DNA from: a virus | Taxonomy: Duplodnaviria > Caudoviricetes | Strand: one strand, 5' to 3' | Length of the DNA stretch: 64,000 bases | Virus record (IMG/VR): IMGVR_UViG_3300031994_000020 | In this document: in pieces, positions 60,695-64,000 of the stretch | Layout: each line of letters opens with the position of its first letter | How positions within the stretch are numbered: position 1 is the first letter of the stretch | The notes under the pieces: model-generated | The model's database searches: none | Seen by the model: the letters and a program-made list of their open reading frames with translations, nothing else | Told to the model about the DNA's origin: nothing | Position numbers and translations under genes: made by a program

Positions 60695-60783
60695 ACTTTA
60701 TAACACCCTCTTTCTTTATCTTATATAATAATTATATCATAAAATTTTTAATAAGTCAAAAAGACTTCCTAAAAAGGAAGCCT

Positions 60784-61107
60784 TTATTTTTTATCAGGTA
60801 ATTCAGAGAGGAGTATTAAAACCATACCCGGAGAGTGTTTAAATTCTTCTCCCAAATCTTCTCGTATCATAATACATCCATCGACGGGAGCCTTATCATC
60901 ATATCCAAGATAATAATCAAGATAATACCAAGGAAGGTCGTATAAGGAACCGCTCCAAGAAGGACCATCTCCCGCATCCTCATCTTCTTCTTCTGTCCAT
61001 ACTACCACATTAACAATAGGATCGAATAAGCCTATGATATCTTTAAGCTGTAATCTCTTGGGATTATACTTTTTCATCTGTTTTACTTCTACATTTTTCA
61101 TATCCAT
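60784..61107 (-). CDS. Hypothetical protein
   Basis: ORF track with RBS. Confidence 0.55.
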   Translation of the reverse strand: MDMKNVEVKQMKKYNPKRLQLKDIIGLFDPIVNVVVWTEEEDEDAGDGPSWSGSLYDLPWYYLDYYLGYDDKAPVDGCIMIREDLGEEFKHSPGMVLILLSELPDKK

Positions 61108-61252
61108 TTCCTCCTTAATTAAAAGTTAAAGTCTTTGAATATATAAGTTTTTCCGCATCTTCGACAATAAAAACATTCTTTTTTATATATATTTTTATGT
61201 CCAAATATGCTGCAAATTAATCTACCTATTGTTTTCTGGAATATCTTTTTCA

Positions 61253-61966
61253 TTAATATGCCTCCTCTCCAAAATCTCCCCAGTCAAAAATCACGGGGGA
61301 ACCATCTTCACGGTAACCGAAGTTACCCCAATGCCAATCATAGAGTCTTTTTTCTTTGAGAAAAGCGAGAAAGTTCTCTACAAATTCTTCTCCATAACAT
61401 TCAACTGCGGAAGCCAGCCAATCTTCTTCAAAGTGCCTCCACATAAAGTCACCTTGGAACTCGCAGCGCTGCTTATGAACATAAGTATTAGACTTCTTGG
61501 AAGTTTTGATTTTTCCTCTTAATTCTTCACTAACGTCATCATAAGTTGCGGCGATCCTTTCCTGCAGGTAGGCATAGTGATTATGTCCGATGCTGCCTAA
61601 GACCTCCATTCCCGCAAAAATATCAGCAACTCCCGCTTCTTTTGCTTCTTCATAAATATCATAGCTTTTTTCTGCATAGTCAACAATATAATTCTGAAAT
61701 TCCGTAGTGCAATTATAATTACGATCACATTTATCGACAAACCAACCGAAAAATGGAACTTTAATTACCTTATCCCACTTATTGTTGATTATAACGAACT
61801 GAGAAATACCCCATTTTGTTTCGAGGGTATAGTCAAGTTGGTCGAAAACTTTTTCGATAGAGCTAGATACCACAGATTCGTCTTCCTCAAAGGGTCCGAA
61901 ATCCGCAGGAAATTCTATGTCTAAAATATCTTTATATTCATTAAAATGTCCCATATTTATATTCAC
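61253..61966 (-). CDS. Protein-kinase-like fold protein
   Basis: VIKVP, YLQE, LYDWHWGNFG catalytic loop, VIFDW. Confidence 0.7.
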   Translation of the reverse strand: MNINMGHFNEYKDILDIEFPADFGPFEEDESVVSSSIEKVFDQLDYTLETKWGISQFVIINNKWDKVIKVPFFGWFVDKCDRNYNCTTEFQNYIVDYAEKSYDIYEEAKEAGVADIFAGMEVLGSIGHNHYAYLQERIAATYDDVSEELRGKIKTSKKSNTYVHKQRCEFQGDFMWRHFEEDWLASAVECYGEEFVENFLAFLKEKRLYDWHWGNFGYREDGSPVIFDWGDFGEEAY

Positions 61967-62203
61967 CCTCTTCCTTTATCTTATATAAATATTATATCAT
62001 AAAAATTTAAAAAAGTCAAATGCGGGAAACGGATTAATTAAGAAGAGAAAAAGTGAGGCTTTTTTGTATATTTTTAATAAAAACCGTTTTGTCGACTTTT
62101 GCGATTTTTTACGAATTGCGGAAGATAAATATCTGCCGCATTTACTTGCTTTTGTTGAAAAAATATGTTATAATAATTATATAAAATATTAGGAGGTATA
62201 GAT

Positions 62204-62419
62204 ATGAGTATTTTAATAGATGTTTTATTTTTACTTTATGTAGGTGGAATGTCTGGATGGTGCGGTTATCTGTTAGGCAAAATGAGAGCTATGAACTTTT
62301 GGGAACAAAAGCAGATTGCAGAGTTCTATAAAGAGTATAAAGAGATGCCCGCAGAGCAGAAAAAGGCGTTTATGGAATGGTATATTGATGTAAAGAATAG
62401 AGAGGCGGGAAATGAGTAA
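62204..62419 (+). CDS. Small membrane protein
   Basis: N-terminal hydrophobic helix, RBS AGGAGG, divergent promoter. Confidence 0.6.
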   Translation: MSILIDVLFLLYVGGMSGWCGYLLGKMRAMNFWEQKQIAEFYKEYKEMPAEQKKAFMEWYIDVKNREAGNE

Positions 62420-62632
62420 ATGGATATAAAGTATATGTTTATTGAGACGCAGATCCAGAATATTGAGGATGAAATTACGCGGGCGGTGAAAGAAATGGAA
62501 TATAGTTCTTTGCCGGAAGAAGAGAAAGATAAATTTTTGAATAGGCTTTTTTATGTTTTAGAGGGACGGCTGATGAAATATACATGATGCGGCGAAGCTT
62601 GCTCTAATGATGCAGAGGAGCAAGGGTTCCCG

Positions 62633-62960
62633 CGTTAAAATTTTGTACGCCTAGAAAAATGTTAAAAAATTGTGTTAAAAATTTGTACATACAGCAAAAA
62701 TGTTAAAAAATTGTGTTAATTTTTTGTACGCATAGAATTTTGTTTATGATTTTTATATTTATAGATGAAAATGTTAAGATTACAGGCAGCATCAAAGCAA
62801 GGTTCCCGCATTAAATGATTTGTTCAAAAATTTCTATAGTTTTGTTCAAAAATTTCTAGTAAAATGTTTAAAAATTGTGTTTAAAAATTTCTATAGTTTT
62901 GTTTAAAAATTTCTAATGAAGTGTTTAAAAATTTCTATAGTTTTGTTTAAGATTTACAGG
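62633..62960. repeat. Iteron-like AT-rich direct repeats, origin candidate
   Basis: TGTTYAAAAATTTCTA five times, mostly at 22-nt spacing, plus AAAAATGTTAAAAAATTGTGTTAA twice. Confidence 0.75.
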
Positions 62961-62998
62961 ACAAGAATTGTAAATCGTGAACAGATTATTTTAATATA

Positions 62999-63655
62999 TT
63001 GATGAAAAGGAGGAGTGAAAATATGTTAAAAATACAATCTGATTCACGACAAGTGCCTAGTATAGAAAAATATACGGCAGATAAAAAATATCATGACCTT
63101 TTATATGGGGTATTGCAAGAAATGTCTTATGGTGAAAAACTTCCAAATGAAGATATCACAAATAGATATGTAAATAAAAAAGATTTTAGTTTTGAGACTT
63201 TAGGGGCTAAGATAGGATTAGCGAGGGTTACAACTTCAAAGTATTTTAAGAATTTAATTTCTCTTGGACTTATTGAAGAAGATAAAGAAAATAAGAGATA
63301 TAAATTAACTTATCTTGATAAAAGTATTGCTACTTTAATACCTTTTGAAACTTTAAGGAAGATTAATAACTCATTAAATCATAATTCAATATCCATTTAT
63401 GTTTATTTATTGAAAAGATATGTGGCGGCAGGAGAACAAGAGTTTATTTATACAAGAAGGCAATTAAAAAGTTTTTGTGGATTAGCTCCAGATACTAATG
63501 CAAATGATAATGTTATTTCTGATATACTTGAAGTTTTAGAATTATTGGGGCTAATTGAAAGAAGATATGTACAGGCGGAAGATAATAAAACGTTAACTTA
63601 TATAACGAAGGTAAGAAATCAAATTAAGGAACTTGGAGTTAAGCCGGGGATCTGA
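62999..63655 (+). CDS. Tandem winged-helix protein, replication initiator candidate
   Basis: LGAKIGLARVTTSKYFKNLISLGLIEE and a second wHTH; flanked by repeats; likely start MLKIQ. Confidence 0.6.
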   Translation: MMKRRSENMLKIQSDSRQVPSIEKYTADKKYHDLLYGVLQEMSYGEKLPNEDITNRYVNKKDFSFETLGAKIGLARVTTSKYFKNLISLGLIEEDKENKRYKLTYLDKSIATLIPFETLRKINNSLNHNSISIYVYLLKRYVAAGEQEFIYTRRQLKSFCGLAPDTNANDNVISDILEVLELLGLIERRYVQAEDNKTLTYITKVRNQIKELGVKPGI

Positions 63656-63663
63656 CAAACGAC

Positions 63664-63755
63664 AATTTTGTTCAAAAATTTCTAATGAAGTGTTTAAAAA
63701 TTTCGGCGGGCTTGTAAATAGTTTGTTCAAAAATTTCTATAGTTTTGTCTAAAAA
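63664..63755. repeat. Second block of the same iteron-like repeats
   Basis: TTGTTCAAAAATTTCTA twice plus variants. Confidence 0.7.
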
Positions 63756-64000
63756 ATAGGTATCTATTAAATAGAAATAGAGGGCATTGAATAGAAATAG
63801 TATAGACGAGATTAATGAAATGTCGCTTCGCTCCATTTCATTAATCTCTTAAAGAGTTGATGAGGGGGTAGGATCTAGTATTAGGGGCCTTCCCGCATAT
63901 TAGAGGGTATATTTTTGGTTAGGGGGTATAAAATATGGAAGATAATCGAGTTTTTAGAATGGATTGTGAAATTTTGGAACGGATGTTAAAAGAATGGGAA

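Noticed and set aside
1438-61522. Short plus-strand ORFs antisense to long minus-strand genes
   Set aside because: Shadow frames of real genes; only fliD and the genes beyond 62.2 kb have credible plus-strand promoters and RBS.
62633-63755. CRISPR array
   Set aside because: Repeats are short and nearly contiguous with no unique 30-40 nt spacers, and no cas genes are present.

Overview
The window is an AT-rich segment of a large lytic-type phage, probably infecting a Lachnospiraceae-like Firmicute (inferred from the flagellin type and near-consensus sigma-A promoters). Almost everything is on the minus strand. It holds a replication module (Dda/RecD-like helicase, RecJ, primase, DnaB, Sak4-like ATPase, LigA, GyrA, and GyrB split by a group I intron), a lysis cassette, RNA-repair enzymes, a phage-borne flagellin and FliD cap, a DUF2828/TROVE-like vWA protein, two tRNA/ncRNA clusters (about 20 tRNAs and a tmRNA), small early genes, and a Rep-like gene with iteron-like repeats at the strand switch. 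Main result: about 40 in-frame TAG codons in 14 otherwise intact genes fall at positions expected to be tryptophan. An amber (CUA) tRNA lies next to, and is clearly derived from, tRNA-Trp(CCA), so this phage appears to read TAG as Trp rather than the Gln usual in recoded phages. Second result: a family of eight ACAGCAA-tagged stem RNAs carries tRNA-derived cargo (isolated Lys and Pro anticodon stem-loops, and a circularly permuted tRNA). They resemble Y RNAs and lie near a Ro60/TROVE-like protein and RNA ligase/kinase/phosphoesterase genes. Also notable: a tRNA-Thr split by an endonuclease-bearing insert with no group I core, and three large tRNA-Leu-shell RNAs. All calls come from manual reading and remembered family motifs; no searches were run.
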